From the human T2T-CHM13v2.0 reference genome, Homo sapiens: 64,000 nt of DNA. The DNA lies in assembly GCF_009914755.1 (NCBI RefSeq), contig NC_060928.1; one strand, 5' to 3'. Under the pieces are notes generated by a model. The model had not been told where the DNA came from. It did no database searches and saw only the letters and a list, made by a program, of their open reading frames with translations. The stretch's first letter is position 1. Every line of letters starts with the position of its first letter. Below, in pieces: positions 1 through 14,284 of the stretch. A program made the translations under genes and the position numbers.

Positions 1-112
1 AGACGGGGTTTCACCGGGTTAGCCAGGATGGTCTCGATCTCCTGACCTCGTGATCCGCCCGCCTCGGCCGCCCAAAGTGCTGGGATTACAGGCGTGAGCC
101 ACTGCACCCGGC
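1..112 (-). mobile_element. AluY (partial, left arm; cut by window edge)
   Basis: Reverse-complement Alu left arm with AluY-type 'ccaggatggtctcgatctcctgacctcgtgatccgcccgcc' and 'cccaaagtgctgggattacaggcgtgagcc'. Confidence 0.93.
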
Positions 113-155
113 GTGATCTTTTCTTAACAGTATATATACACATTAAAAAGGCAGA

Positions 156-178
156 CAGAGAGAGAGAGAGGGAGACAG
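156..178. repeat. (GA)n microsatellite
   Basis: agagagagagagagag ggagacag. Confidence 0.8.
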
Positions 179-2099
179 ACTTTAATATACATTATCCATA
201 ATTGTTAGTGGAGAGTATATTATGTATATTTTCTATAATATGTGCTAATAGAAGGATCTCTCATATCCATAGATTGATAGTTCCAAGTCAAAGGTTGCAG
301 TAGATATAGCCTATTATTACATGGACAGTTAAATTGCCTGGAAAAATAGCCTCCTCTCCCAGCTTCTCTTTTTAGTGAGTGTTCCCCAAACAAACTTTGT
401 AAAACAAAAGTTTCATTTCATTCATATACCTGCTAATATCCTTGATTGGATATATATTAAAGTCAACATGTATTAAAGATAACAATTTATTATCTAGTTG
501 CTATCTTTTAAAACAGCAATATGGAGCCTCTTAACATCTAAACATCTCAAATATATTTCTAAAGATAAACTGTATGCATGCATTGTACCTATAAAATTGT
601 ATATTTGCACTACTGTCACTAATTATACAAAACACACATAAACCTATCCTATAAACGAAGTACTAAAAATACACTAATGTACCTTGAACTATATCAAAGT
701 GGGGCTATATATATTTTTTCTGGTTTTAAGATTATATGATTTGTTATAGTCTTAGTCCTTTCCTGTCTTTATACCCATTCCCACATGTGGGATGAAAGAG
801 AAATAGAAGAATAGCATATGAGGTAAAGAGTTTTTTTATAATGATAAGTAAGAAAATGATACACCAGTTTGAAATGCAGCGTTTCAGACAGTCGCTTTCA
901 TTGTTATTCTGAATATTCAAATAAAAAAGAATAATCTCAGTGGATTCCTTTGGAAAAACAAATAAATTACAAAATGAGGAATGTGTATTTGCCCATCTGT
1001 GCATTTTGCAGCCATCATGACAAATTGTTGATTTGATACCATGGGCATTATTAAAATCAAAGTCCTGCCAATCCTGCTTTCATACATAACAGATTATACT
1101 AATTATCTATTGGGGCCAAATTCACACTCTAGCTATTAACTCTTATTTACCTGAATAGAAAAATCAAGTACCCACAATATAAAAGCCAGCAATGTCCAAA
1201 ACAAAAAATAATTGGACTGGAAGATGACATTAACCGCCTAATACATTCTGATATCAATTTCATTTCCAATTTTTAAAAAATTGAAAAAACATTGTACTAC
1301 TTTGAATCAGGCTTTCTGATACCGAATAGCCCTTCTAGTCTTATTACTCCAAACAAGCCAGTGAGTGACTAAATTTTAAATTTCGACCTCTCCAGCAATA
1401 TTCTTTAATTTATCTGAGCACCTGTGTTTTCCCTCAGTTTCATTTCTATTCTCTCTGGATGAAATAAAGAAAGGATATAGTGTGTATATCCTCTGGTGGA
1501 TCAATTAAATTAATGAATTAATGAATATCTGTTTAGCAATCATTTACCAAGTGTATATTATGTGTCTGATAATCTAGTCTATTCCTCGTGAATTTTAATT
1601 ATATTATTATTAAGATTGAAGTGTTCCCAATGTCTATGCTCTCTAATGTAAGAGATCCATTCTTTCATGAACCACCCCTATCTAAATACTTAATAAAAAT
1701 TCCAGGTGGGCTTACATTAAGATCCTATTATCCGTTCTCACTGCAGTGCCAGGCTGGACAGTATCACCACATTTTCACTCACAAGTGCCCATTGGTGCTG
1801 CTGTTATCATCCTGGTGTAGCATAAGGCAAGAGCTTCATCTGGCTCACCCTTTTGGAGAGGGATGGGATTGAGTGCTTCCATTCTTGAGGAACGGAGTGA
1901 TGAGAGATAAAGTGAAAAGTTCACTAAATTAACCGAGCTGTAACCAACATTCTGGCAAAAATTCTTCCCTCCTATCCACACACACACACAGGAACAAACA
2001 CATAAATTTTTCTTCAACCTCACCCAAAGTCCCCTATGAGTTCCCAAATTTATTCAACATGCTTTCTCTGTGGAATGGTTTGGCTTATGCACCTTTAAT

Positions 2100-3310
2100 G
2101 ACACATTCCCATCTGACCTTTATTTTCACCTCTTCACTAAAGCTTTTCTCACTAAAGTCCCTGACTTCCACATCACTAAATCTAACGGGCACTTCACCAT
2201 GTATAAACTCCAGCAGCTGACCTGGTGGTCCACTCTACTTTTTCTTTCTTAAGACACTATTTTCCTCATTGTTTCATAATACCCCATGATCCATGTTTTC
2301 CCCAAAATTCTTATGCTCATTTTTATCAGTTTTTTTTTGCTAGGATTTACTCAACTAATTGATCTTAAAGATTAGTTCCCCATGTCTCCATCTCTTGTCT
2401 TCAGTCCATCTTTTTCCTTCTCTCCCTTTTTCTCTCTACTTTTTCATCTGCTAGTTCTAATAGTTCCACCTGTGCACTTTTCAGCTATGAATTTCACAAT
2501 AATCTATAGACAGACAACTCAAATAGCTATTTCAAACTTTGATTTCCCTGCTGAACTCTAGGCCAGATTACCCAGCTGCTTTTGATGGCTGCAATAAGAT
2601 GCAAACCCTTCAGATAGAGGCAGCATCTTCAAAACTAATGTCACTCTCCCCATTCCTTATATAATATACCTCATATCATTAAATTGTACCACCTTCCTCA
2701 AATATGTTCAAACGTGAAACATGGCAGTCCAATATGCCTCTCTTCCTTTCTTATTTCTCCATTTTCACTGATATTATCTCTTAAATATCACTCACCTCTT
2801 TTTCCTGCCTTCAAACTAGCCCAAGACATTGTCTTAAGAAAGTATCTCTGTAGATTTCAATATCTTTTACTTTTCTTTATACAGTCCATCTTCTACAATG
2901 TAACAAAAATGTTATACTTGAAACACAATATGATTACCTTACACGTCTGTCTAAAATCTTACAATAGTTTTTCATTGCTTTAGGAGAAAGTTCAACATTT
3001 TTAATGAATTTGAACCTTCTTCCTGTTTGTTCTCAGTATATATGCACATTCAACTCCTTCAATTTCTTAAACAGTTCCAAGCGTGTTCTCAACTCCATAT
3101 CTTGAGATCATCTAAAACCTGTACCTGAAGCAGTCATACTCACCTACCTCTCCTTCCTTCCCAGCTCAACTTAGATGTCACTTAAGTCATTATTTCTATC
3201 CCCAGCAATTTTAAATTGCCACCCCGTACATTCAGCTAGCACCCATGTACTACAACTCTAGATTTTTCACTAATTGTATGTCTCCTGCACTTGACCGTTG
3301 AGTCACAATA
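2100..3310 (+). mobile_element. L2 LINE relic (highly diverged 3' portion)
   Basis: L2-like motifs 'ctcactaaagtccctgacttccacatcactaaatctaacgggcacttc', 'gacaactcaaatagctatttc...ccctgctgaactctaggcc' and 'tctcaactccatatcttg'; boundaries approximate. Confidence 0.6.
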
Positions 3311-3898
3311 GTAATAATATCTTCTGAGAGAAAAAGGATGCAACTATCTCATTCTACTTTAAGGTCTGAGAGAAGATGGCCTAATGGATGTCAAGTGCTA
3401 TATCTCTTTTAATACCAAAGTCACTGTCTCCTTGGATATGCATATGCAAAGAGAGTCACTGGTTCTTGATGAATTTTGTTACCAACCCTCAAACTATATC
3501 CAGAATGAAAAGATCATTCTGACCCATATAACTTGGAATCGGGTCTGGATTGATGGTCTGCATGTCTTCTTCCTTATACTGAGTTATATTTAGGAATCAT
3601 AATTCCTTTCCAATATCCAGACACATGTTGGAGCCATCCAGTCTATCATGGTCTTGTGCCCTCTTGAAATTCATTTATGGTCAGACTTTTTCTCTTTTTC
3701 TTTTGCAGGATTCACCTCAGTACTTGTATAAGTAAGAAAAGAATTAATTGCCTGAAAGAAAGTTATTGTTAAATTAATTTTCATCAAATTTCCAGCTCCT
3801 GCCCAGCAGTGTTGTACTATTATAGACAAATTTCTGGCAATGTGCCAGGAGCTGAATTTATACAGATGAAAAGACATGATATCTGCCCTGAGGAAGTA

Positions 3899-4301
3899 TG
3901 AGAGAGCATTTTATGTGTCCATTTGTGTAGGTTACTGTAGCAAATTATTCAATGAAATATTAATACGGATTTTTCTGGGAAGATATCTGGTAGATGTGAT
4001 TGAAGTCCTTTGTGAATTAATTCTAAGTATGGGAGATTATACTAGATAATCTGGGTGAGTCTGGTTTGATCAGTTGAAAGACCTTTCCAGAGCTAAGACT
4101 TTCCGGAAGTAGGAGAAATTCTGCCTGTGGACAACAGCTTCAGCTTACACCAAGAGTTTCAGCCTGCCTTTCCGGACAGCCTACCTGATGGATTTCAGTT
4201 TGTCTAGCTAGCCTCCATAATCGTGTAATCCAATGCCTTGCAATAAATTTCTTGGTACACATTTTACATTAGTTCTGTTTCTCTAATTGAATACTGACAC
4301 A
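3899..4301 (+). mobile_element. MLT2-family (ERVL) solo LTR, MLT2D/F-like
   Basis: 'ttttatgtgtcc...agattatactagataatctgggtgagtctggtttgatcagttgaaagacct...aattctgcctgtggac...caataaatttc...ttctgtttctct...actgacaca' follows the MLT2 layout, including the AATAAA. Confidence 0.75.
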
Positions 4302-5159
4302 AGAAGGAGGAAGAGACTAGTAAACAAATAATGACCTCAGGTAGCAGCACCATGAAGACACAGAGAGGAAAGCAACGATGTCTATGCACAGAGAGGAATG
4401 GGGGTTCAAAATATATTATGGAGAAGTTACAAGTTGTATTAGTTCCTGAAGGATTAACCATAAATTATGTCCTAATCACAAGCCAGGGTAAAGACAGCCA
4501 AAAGCAGGGTGGAAAAAAACACATGAGAAAAGTAATGGAGGCATGGAACCCCATGGCAGATTTTAGGAAAAGCAAGTTGTTGCTGTACAGGTATGGCAAA
4601 AGGACAGAGTAGACGGGATAAAGTGACAAATAAGGAATCTAGAAACAGGATATAGATCATGAAATTTATTTAATGTCATGTTTAAGTGTTCTGAAAACGT
4701 TTGAGCAACAACACAGGATATAGAGCTGTGTTCAAATACAATCAAAATTTTGTGTTAGAAAAAGCTACTTTTTCTGCTATGTGGGGGATGAATTAGAATG
4801 GAGCATATTTGAAGACATATGATAAACAAAAGTCAAATTCAATGGCAAATGTGAGGAATGTGGAAAGCCTGAGGCGGGGAGTGCTGCTGTGGGTGGAAAT
4901 ACAGCTACTAATTATAGATATATCCAAGAGCATGTAGTTACCAATTGAATATAGGGAGTAAGGGAATTTTCCAAGTCTAGAAAGTCACTCCATTAATAAC
5001 TATACCAGAAGACCCTGCAGCAGTAACGAAGATACCTAGGTCAAAAAGGGAAATGGAAAATCTGAGAATATAAGAAATGTAAAATGATTTCAGTGTTATA
5101 TATCTTCGGCCTGAGATGCACATGACTAATGAATATACTGGTTTGTACCTCAAGAGAGG

Positions 5160-5370
5160 CTGTTAGCATTTCATTCAGCTATGAATAACAGAAAACTTTC
5201 ACTTGAACGACTTAAACGGATAAAAGGCTTATTTTGTCAGATTATACAAAGTTGAGGTTGGCAGTTCAATGTTAACAGGGTGTCCAGTATTGCTCCTGAG
5301 AACCCAGACTTCTTCCATCTTCCTTCAAACTAGCTGGATATGTAGAGTATTTTTCCCCAGAATCCTAGGG

Positions 5371-5413
<43 letters not shown>

Positions 5414-5610
5414 GAGGAACTCCTTCGTCAGGCATTTCTAACTATACATCATTATCAAAAATCCTGCCTAATAGTCCATCTCTAGATACAATAAAGACTG
5501 TGATATTGACTATTTTGGTTTCCCAGTGTGTAAATTTTTTTGAAAAGACAAAGAAAACGTGACTGAGTGGTGTGGGTTCTGAGTGAGCAAACCATTCGTA
5601 TCTTCCACAC
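5160..5610 (-). mobile_element. old MaLR LTR (MLT1J/K-like) relic
   Basis: 'tcagctatgaataacagaaaac...cttaaacggataaaaggcttatttt' resembles the antisense MLT1 3' end; very diverged. Confidence 0.4.
5371..5410. repeat. (TG)n microsatellite
   Basis: About 18 TG units. Confidence 0.95.
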
Positions 5611-5939
5611 AGGTCATTTTTAGAAAGATAGGACTAGGTAGGATTAAACATATTGGTAGCAAATAAACTTTTGTGATTAGGAGATAAGAAGAAAAGCACA
5701 GGAGTTAAAATAATATATTGTGCAATGGATAAGGACTACACAAAGTAGAACTGAAGGAAACTACCCAAAATCTAGAAAGAGAATTAGAATAGGGAGATGT
5801 CACGTAAGCAAAATGAAAAGGATTTCAAAAAGGAATGTCTATGAAATTCAGATATAAAAAACACTGAAACATGAACATTCTATTTGTTGATTAGGGGTTT
5901 GTTTATGACTTTTGTCAAATCAGTTTTATTGGAGTATTT

Positions 5940-6265
5940 TTAGTGTGACATTTAAAGTGATTAGTACAGTCACTGTTCTGGGCACAGGGAATGCAATAGT
6001 GAAGAAGACAGATATGGTTCCTCCCTGACCCCATAAACTGCATATAAAGATGGAACAACAGATACACATATATTTTTTTAAAAAAGAATTAATGAAGGTA
6101 ATAAAGGCAGTGAATGGATTAAATGAACAAGAAACCAGGAAAATTAGAGAAGGGGACAAACCAGTTCAGGTCCTCATAGAAGATCTCCCAGGTGAGACCT
6201 AAATATAAAGAACTAAAAATGTAAAATATCGGGGAGAGGAAGGGATTTTTTTGCTAAGTAAGTGG
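5940..6265 (-). mobile_element. L2 3' end relic (continues at ~7790-7875, ~8845-8905 and ~9670-10100)
   Basis: 'cactgttctgggcacagggaatgcaatagtgaagaagacagatatggttcctccctgacccc' is the typical antisense L2 3' end. Confidence 0.65.
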
Positions 6266-6270
6266 TAATT

Positions 6271-7785
6271 GGAAAAAGAACCTCAATAGCAAAGGCAATT
6301 CTAAGCAAATATAACAAAGCTGGAGGCATCATGCTACTGGACTTCAAACTATACTACAAGGCTACAGTAACCAACACAGCATGGCACTGGTACAAAAAGA
6401 AATAAAGAGACCAATGGAACAGAATAGAGGGCCCAGAAACAAGACCATACATCTACAACTATCTGTTCCTTGACAAAGCTGACAAAAACAAGCAATGGGG
6501 AAAGGACTCCCTATTCAATAAATTGTGCTGGGATAACTGGCTAGCCATATGCAGAAAATTGAAACTGGATGAACAGCTTCCTTACACCGTATACAAAAAT
6601 TAACTCAAGATGGATTAAAGACTTAAATGAAAAACCCCAAATTATAAAATTCCTGGAAGACAACTTAGGCAATACCATTTTGGACACAGGAACTGACAAA
6701 GATTTCATGATAAAGATGCGAAAAGCAATTACAACAAAAGCAAAAATTGACAAATGGGATCTAATTAAACTAAAGAGCTTCTGCCGAGCAAAAGAAAGCA
6801 TCAACAGGGAAAACAGGCAACCTGCAGGATGGGAGAAAATATTTGCAAACTACACATCTGACAAAGGTCTAATATCCAGCATCTATAAGCAACTTAAACG
6901 AATTTACAATAAAAAATGCCATTAAGAAATGGGCAAAGGACATGAAGAGACATTTTTCAAAAGAAGACATGCATGCAGCCAACAAGCATATGAAAAAAAG
7001 TTTAATATCACTGATCATTAGAGAAATGAAAATTAAAACCAATAAGATAGTATCTCACAGCAGTCAGAATGGCTGCTATTAAAAAGTCAAAAAACAACAG
7101 ATTCTGGTGAGGTTGCAGAGAAAAGCAAACGCTTATACACTGCTTGTGGGAGTGTAAATTAGTTTAACCATTGTGGAAAACAATGGTTATTCCTCAAAGA
7201 AGAATTCCTCTGGTGATTCCTCAAATTGCTAAACACAGAACTGCCATTCAACTCAGCAATCCCATCACTGGGTATATACCCAAAGGAATTTAAATCATTC
7301 TATCATGAAAACACATGCATAAATACGTTAATGGCAGTACTATTCACAATAGCAAAGACATGGAATCAACCTAAATTCCCATCAATGTAGACTGGATAAG
7401 GAAAATGTGGTACATATACACCATGGACTACTATGTAGCCATAAAAAAGAATGAGATCATGCCCTTTGCAGGGACATAGATTGAGCTAGAGGCAATCATC
7501 CTTAGCAAACTGTCACAGGAAGAGAAAACCAAATACCTTTATTCTCCTTTATCAGTGGGAGCTAACTGATGAGAACACACGAACACATAGAGGGGAACAA
7601 CAGGCACTGGAGACTCTTAGAAGGTGGAGACTGGGAGGAGTGAGAGGATCAGGAAAAATAACTAATGGGTACTGGGCTTAATACCTGGGTGATGAAATAA
7701 TCTGTACAACAAAACCCCACGACACAAGTTTACCTGTATAACAAACCTGCACATGTACTCCTGAACTTCAAATAAAAGTTTTAAA
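6271..7785 (+). mobile_element. L1PA (L1PA13-16-like) 5'-truncated LINE-1, ORF2 C-terminus plus 3' UTR
   Basis: ORF 6569-6925 gives L1 ORF2p peptide '[16 protein letters not shown]...[14 protein letters not shown]...WEKIFANY'; 3' UTR 'gggtgatgaaataatctgtacaac...aacctgcacatgtactcctgaac...aataaaagtt'. Frame is broken by stops. Confidence 0.93.
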
Positions 7786-8485
7786 CATTTTCTCTAAGTT
7801 AGAAAGAGCCTGACATGCTTGAGAACCTGAAGATAGCTCAACATGACTGGGGCATTGGACTATACCATGCTGAATTTTTTTTTTCCATTTAAACTGTTTA
7901 ATTATACAGGGTGGAAAGAATGACATCTGTCTGCTTTCCAAGAAAACATGGATTAAAGAAATGACCTTTCACTTGTTGTGAAACTCATTTGTTGTGTATT
8001 TGAACTTGGATGGCTTCAGTTGGGCCAGGCGTTTTGTTGCCTCCATGTATATGTCTAAGACTGGAGATGAATGAAGCTCCATCTTCAACTGGATTGATCT
8101 GTATATTAGCTTTTTTTTACAATGATTTATATATTAGCATTTTTTACAATGTCACCATCTGAAATACTTTTCCAGAGAAGTGTCTCTTCCTGTAGTTATT
8201 CCTGGTATTTTGTAGATTTATATGAATGTAAATGTATCTGAAACATCAAAGGGACAAGAAAATGATCTTTGCTATGAGTCACAGAATAAGAACAATAAAT
8301 CCCCACAGATCAACAAGAACTATTCAAAAGACACAGGAGCATAATTGATGGGACTGTTGATCTTTTTATAATTAAAAAATATTTAGAACCAGAAAAAAGT
8401 CATGGAACTAAATGTCAGGTGTCACATTGTGAGAACTGTATTATTAATTAGCACATTTCATTACTTTTTTTAAAGTAGGGTTTCA

Positions 8486-8844
8486 AACTTTATTTTACTT
8501 TATTTTTATTTTTCAGGAGTACATGTGCAGGTTTGTTATATAAGTAAACTTGTGTCATGGGGCTTTGTTGTACAGATTATTTCATCATCCAGGTATTAAG
8601 CCCAGTACCCATTTGTTATTTTTCTTCATCCTCTGCCTCCTCTCGCCCTCTATCCTCCAACAGGCCCCAGCGTCTGTTGTTTTCCTCCATGTGTCCGTTC
8701 CTTTGTCCTGGATGGTATTTTCTAGATTGCTTTCCAGGGTTTTTATAGTTTTGGGTTTTATATTTAAGTCTTGAATACATCCTGAGTTAATTTTTGTATA
8801 TGATGTAAGGAAAGGGTCCAGTTTTAATCTTCTGCATATGGCTA
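8486..8844 (-). mobile_element. L1PA (L1PA13-16-like) fragment with ~0.9-kb internal deletion
   Basis: Antisense 3' UTR (8486-8696) joined directly to antisense ORF2 sequence (8697-8844, 'atggtattttctagattg...tttttgtatatgatgtaaggaaagggtccagttttaatcttctgcatatggcta'). Confidence 0.88.
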
Positions 8845-8905
8845 CATGCTGAATGAATTAGGTCATGAAAAAGAATTGGGATTTTATCCCACTTGAAATG
8901 TAAAG

Positions 8906-9558
<653 letters not shown>

Positions 9559-10107
9559 TCCAGTCTTATGGTCACATATGACTGTAGTGGAGTAAGTGCC
9601 TGGGAAATATAGGTTTTCTGTTTATTCTGAAAAGAATGAAAACGTTTGCTGAACACATAATATTATTTCTGCCACCAGAGATATTTTGGAGATAGAATTG
9701 ATGGGAATTTTTGATGGGTTGTACATGTATGTGTGCTGGTGTGTTTTATAAAAAACTAGGAGATCTTGAGGTGAAATAAGTATTAAGTAAAACTGAAGGC
9801 ATTTTCTGGATTGTTAAAATATTGGCAGCTCAGTGGTTTCAATATCTCAATGAGTTGTCATAGGAATACTTGAATGAGTCTATTCAATGGCACAGGAAAA
9901 TGTGAGAATACAACAAAGTTTCGAAATCAAAATTTCAGAGTTAAGACAGGTTCTAGAAGTAGGCAGAAGCCTAATTATGATGCATTAGAAATAATAATTA
10001 GTAATCATACAATGTTAGTGACAGTAGCTATGCCGTTCAAAAGCTTAACGGAGAAAGGAGAATATTAGCATAGTAGGTAAAGGGAGGCAAAAACCTAGGT
10101 CACTATA

Positions 10108-10921
<814 letters not shown>

Positions 10922-11149
10922 TCATAGTTTGTCTCAAATATTTTTTTTCTAATTTTAACCCCATTAGATAACAAATAAGAACAGATTCAGGAAGGCAGAC
11001 AGTGATGGGGAAGGGGAAAGGGTAAATATGATGTGGATACCACAGCTAAGAAATTAGACACACATTCAATTTTTTCCATCTTCATTTTGTGTGCTTATAT
11101 TCATAAACATAAGAATAATACTAATGATATTAATGAAAATGATGATGAT

Positions 11150-11292
11150 GATAATAAAAGTCATCCCTACGTAATACTTTCTGTGTGCAAGGCACTGTCC
11201 TGAGAGGTTTTGATTGTAGTTTGTCATTTAAATTTTACGACACCATGAGTTAATTACTATTATTACCCTCATTTTACAGGGAGAAAACTGCA
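11150..11292 (-). mobile_element. MIR
   Basis: 'tgtgtgcaaggcactgtcctgagagg...tattattaccctcattttacagggagaaaactg' is the antisense MIR core. Confidence 0.75.
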
Positions 11293-13553
11293 TTGCTAAA
11301 TCTATGTAAACAATATAATTGTTTTATCTCAAGTAAAATAAAATGGGATATTGACAAAAGCAATCTTAGGATCTTGAGCAAATATTTTTAAAATGATAAA
11401 ATGATAGTGTATTTAAATAAATAGTTCAAATATAGTGAAATTAAAAAGTGTGTCCTGATTTCTTCTTATATTGAATGTCATGGAAGCATTAATAGTCATT
11501 TGAAATCACACTTGATAAAGACCCTGAATGTCAAAATACAGCACCTCTAAGCTCCCAAAGAAAACTTATTTAACCTTCTATACCAATGCCAAAAGTTTCT
11601 GTAGCACTGACATTGGCAAACCTTTCCTGTGAATTTATAACATCATAGAGTCTTAGAACCTGAGATCATTTGACTTTATAAGGCTTTAAAGGTTAAAGGC
11701 ATAGAATAATTTAAGTATTAAAAAGAGGAAAGGAGTGTTTTCTGAAGCAAAGAAATTACTCTAGTTATTCAAAGTCTTCCTTTTCCTCAGGGCAGCCAGA
11801 ATAATTGGATTTACATGTATCTGAATCACTGGCAGGGGGCAGAGGGGAACCAATGTCACTTTTTATATTCATCCTAAAATATTTGTTTCATTTTTATTAT
11901 GTTATTTAAAAATAAATTTCTTAACAGAACTAAATACTGAATATGTAAACTAAGATCTCAGGCAAACTATTTGACCACAATGTAAAGGAAACTATATAAA
12001 CTTACTTGTAATGTCAATTAAAGTTAACTTAAACTGGATTATCACTTAGGCAATTGACTATGATACTTACTTAAATTATTCTATTTAACTCACGCCTTTA
12101 TAAAATTAATATTACCATTTAACAAGATAAATACCATGTCTAACCAAATTCTGAATTTTATTTTGATTTATTTTTTTCCTTGTATTAGCTGCTAACTCAT
12201 GAATACCACTCTACTTATAACAAGATATAAAAGGCATTGGGTAAATAATTATATAATTATGATGAAACACTCATAGAATTAACTTGACAGTGTTTTTATA
12301 TATTAATATCAAAATGCAGAGATATACATTCATATTTCTTAGTTGATTCCTATAAAGTAAATTTTTGTATAAGATTTGAACTTGGCTTAACATATTGTGG
12401 ATTGTTGGTGAGATTAAAAAGATGAAAAAATACTGACTTTTACATCATGGATATATCCTAGTATAAAGTGGCAGTATATCTCAGTGGGGATTGTCAGCAA
12501 TCAAATGTTGTAGAATACTAGTTGGCACTAATTCTTAAAAGGAGAAAGATAGGTTGAATTGGTAAAAACTAACAAAAAAAGATCATTGAACTGATAAAAA
12601 TAAAAGGAGAAAACTCTTAAAGCACTGCAGATACTATTAATTAGCAGCAAAAGGCAAGATGTCTACAAGGACCCCTAGGGAGTAGCATGAATGTGTGTGC
12701 TCACATTCTGAAAAGACCATCTTCCTAACCACTGATAGAATGTTTGGGGATACTGCAATTCGAATTAGGGAACAGCCTGTTTAGTTGGTGATTAGCTGAA
12801 TGGTGTGTCAGAAATGGGTCTAGGAATAAAAGTAGGTCTGGAAACAATTGGTCACTTCACAGGGAAACATGTTGTGTAATACACTCATATGCTGCTTCTA
12901 AAGAAATGAATCAGAAAAGGCTACATAGTTCCCTGCTCAACTGATCATGTTTGGTCAAGTGGAGATTAAAAGCTAAGTAACAAATTGGTAAAATATCTCT
13001 ATCTCCCTGTTACTCCGAAAACTCCAGAGAGATCATGGCCATTCACAGAGGCATCTCTTGCACTGTTAGACCTCACTAAAACTCTCTAAGTCACACCATT
13101 CAAGTGATTTTATCTGACACTTTATGATTTATTAAATGTATTTCACTGGATGTGGAGGGTTAATTAACTGAGACTGTGTATTCAAAATCACCTCGTGTAT
13201 CATATATCGATACATGTCTTCACAGGAATATTTCCAATTAGGTTCAAAATTTAAAATCCTCAAATAATTAAATATGTACTATAAATGTTCAAAAACAAAA
13301 GGAAAATATTGAGAACTGAATATAAAGCAGGAAAGCTACAGCAGAAGCCTTCCCAAATATCATTTAATATTTACTGACTAGGCAATACACATTTCTTAAT
13401 ATCTCTTATGCAGAAAAGAATTGAAGTTTTTTAATAAAATATTATTTGAAATAATAATATACCTGCAAGAGGATATTGACAGACTTTTTCTAAAGCAGAA
13501 AAAAAAACCCCCACAAAAACCTGTGTTTATAATTAATGCTGCTGGATGCTCGT

Positions 13554-14276
13554 TGTTATGGGTTAAGTCATGACCTCCCCAAATTCATAATTTGAATCCC
13601 TAACCCCCAGTACCTCAGAAGGTGACTGCATTTGGAGACAGGGCTTTAAAGGGGGTAATTAAGTTAAAATGAAGCCTTTAGGGTGGGCCCTAATCCAATC
13701 TGGTGTCTTTCTAAGAAGAGGGCATTTCGACACACAGAGAGAGGTACATTCACACAGGGGAAAAGCCATGTAAGGACACAACAAGAAGGGATCGCCACTG
13801 TTGGGCATGGAGGCTCACGTCTGTAATCCCAGCACTTTAGGAGGCCGAGGCTGGCGGATCACGAGGTCAGGAGTTTGAGACCAGCCTGGCCAACATGGTG
13901 AAATCCTGTCTCTATTAAAAATACAAAAATTAGCCAAGCATGGTGGCATGTGCCTGTAATCCCAGCTACTCAGGAGGCTGAGGCAGGAGAATCACTTGAA
14001 CCTAGGAGACTGAGGCTGCAGTGAGCCAAGATCATGCCACTGCACTCCAGCCTGGGCGACAGAGCGAGACTCTGTCTCAAAAAAAGAAAAAAAAGAAAAG
14101 AAAAGAAAAAAAAAAAGGGGGGATCCTCAAGTGACAGAGGCTTCAGGAGAAACCAAACCTGCTGACTCCTTGATCTTGGATTTCTAAACTTCAGAACTGT
14201 CAGAAAATAAATTTCTTGTTGTCGAAGGCACCTAGTCTGGGATACTTTGTTACATCAACCCTAGCAGATTAACACA
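13554..14276 (+). mobile_element. MLT1B-like MaLR LTR, interrupted by an Alu
   Basis: TG start 'tgttatgggttaag...tacctcagaaggtgactgcatttggagacaggg...gggtgggccctaatccaat'; after the Alu 'cttgatcttggatttc...aaaataaatttc...ctagcagattaacaca' CA end. Confidence 0.85.
13799..14116 (+). mobile_element. AluS (Sg-like)
   Basis: Dimer with 'ggatcacgaggtcaggagttt' and an A/AAAAG tail. Confidence 0.95.
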
Positions 14277-14284
14277 CCCATATA

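Noticed and set aside
6183-6198. 'ctcccag|gtgaga' and 'ttccag|gtgagg' (~33040) AG|GTGAG motifs
   Set aside because: Poor pyrimidine tracts and located inside repeat relics; they show that this motif also arises by chance.
6569-6925. 118-aa ORF with clear protein homology
   Set aside because: It is a broken fragment of L1 ORF2p inside a truncated L1, not a host gene. The same applies to 19128-19331 and 58574-58810.
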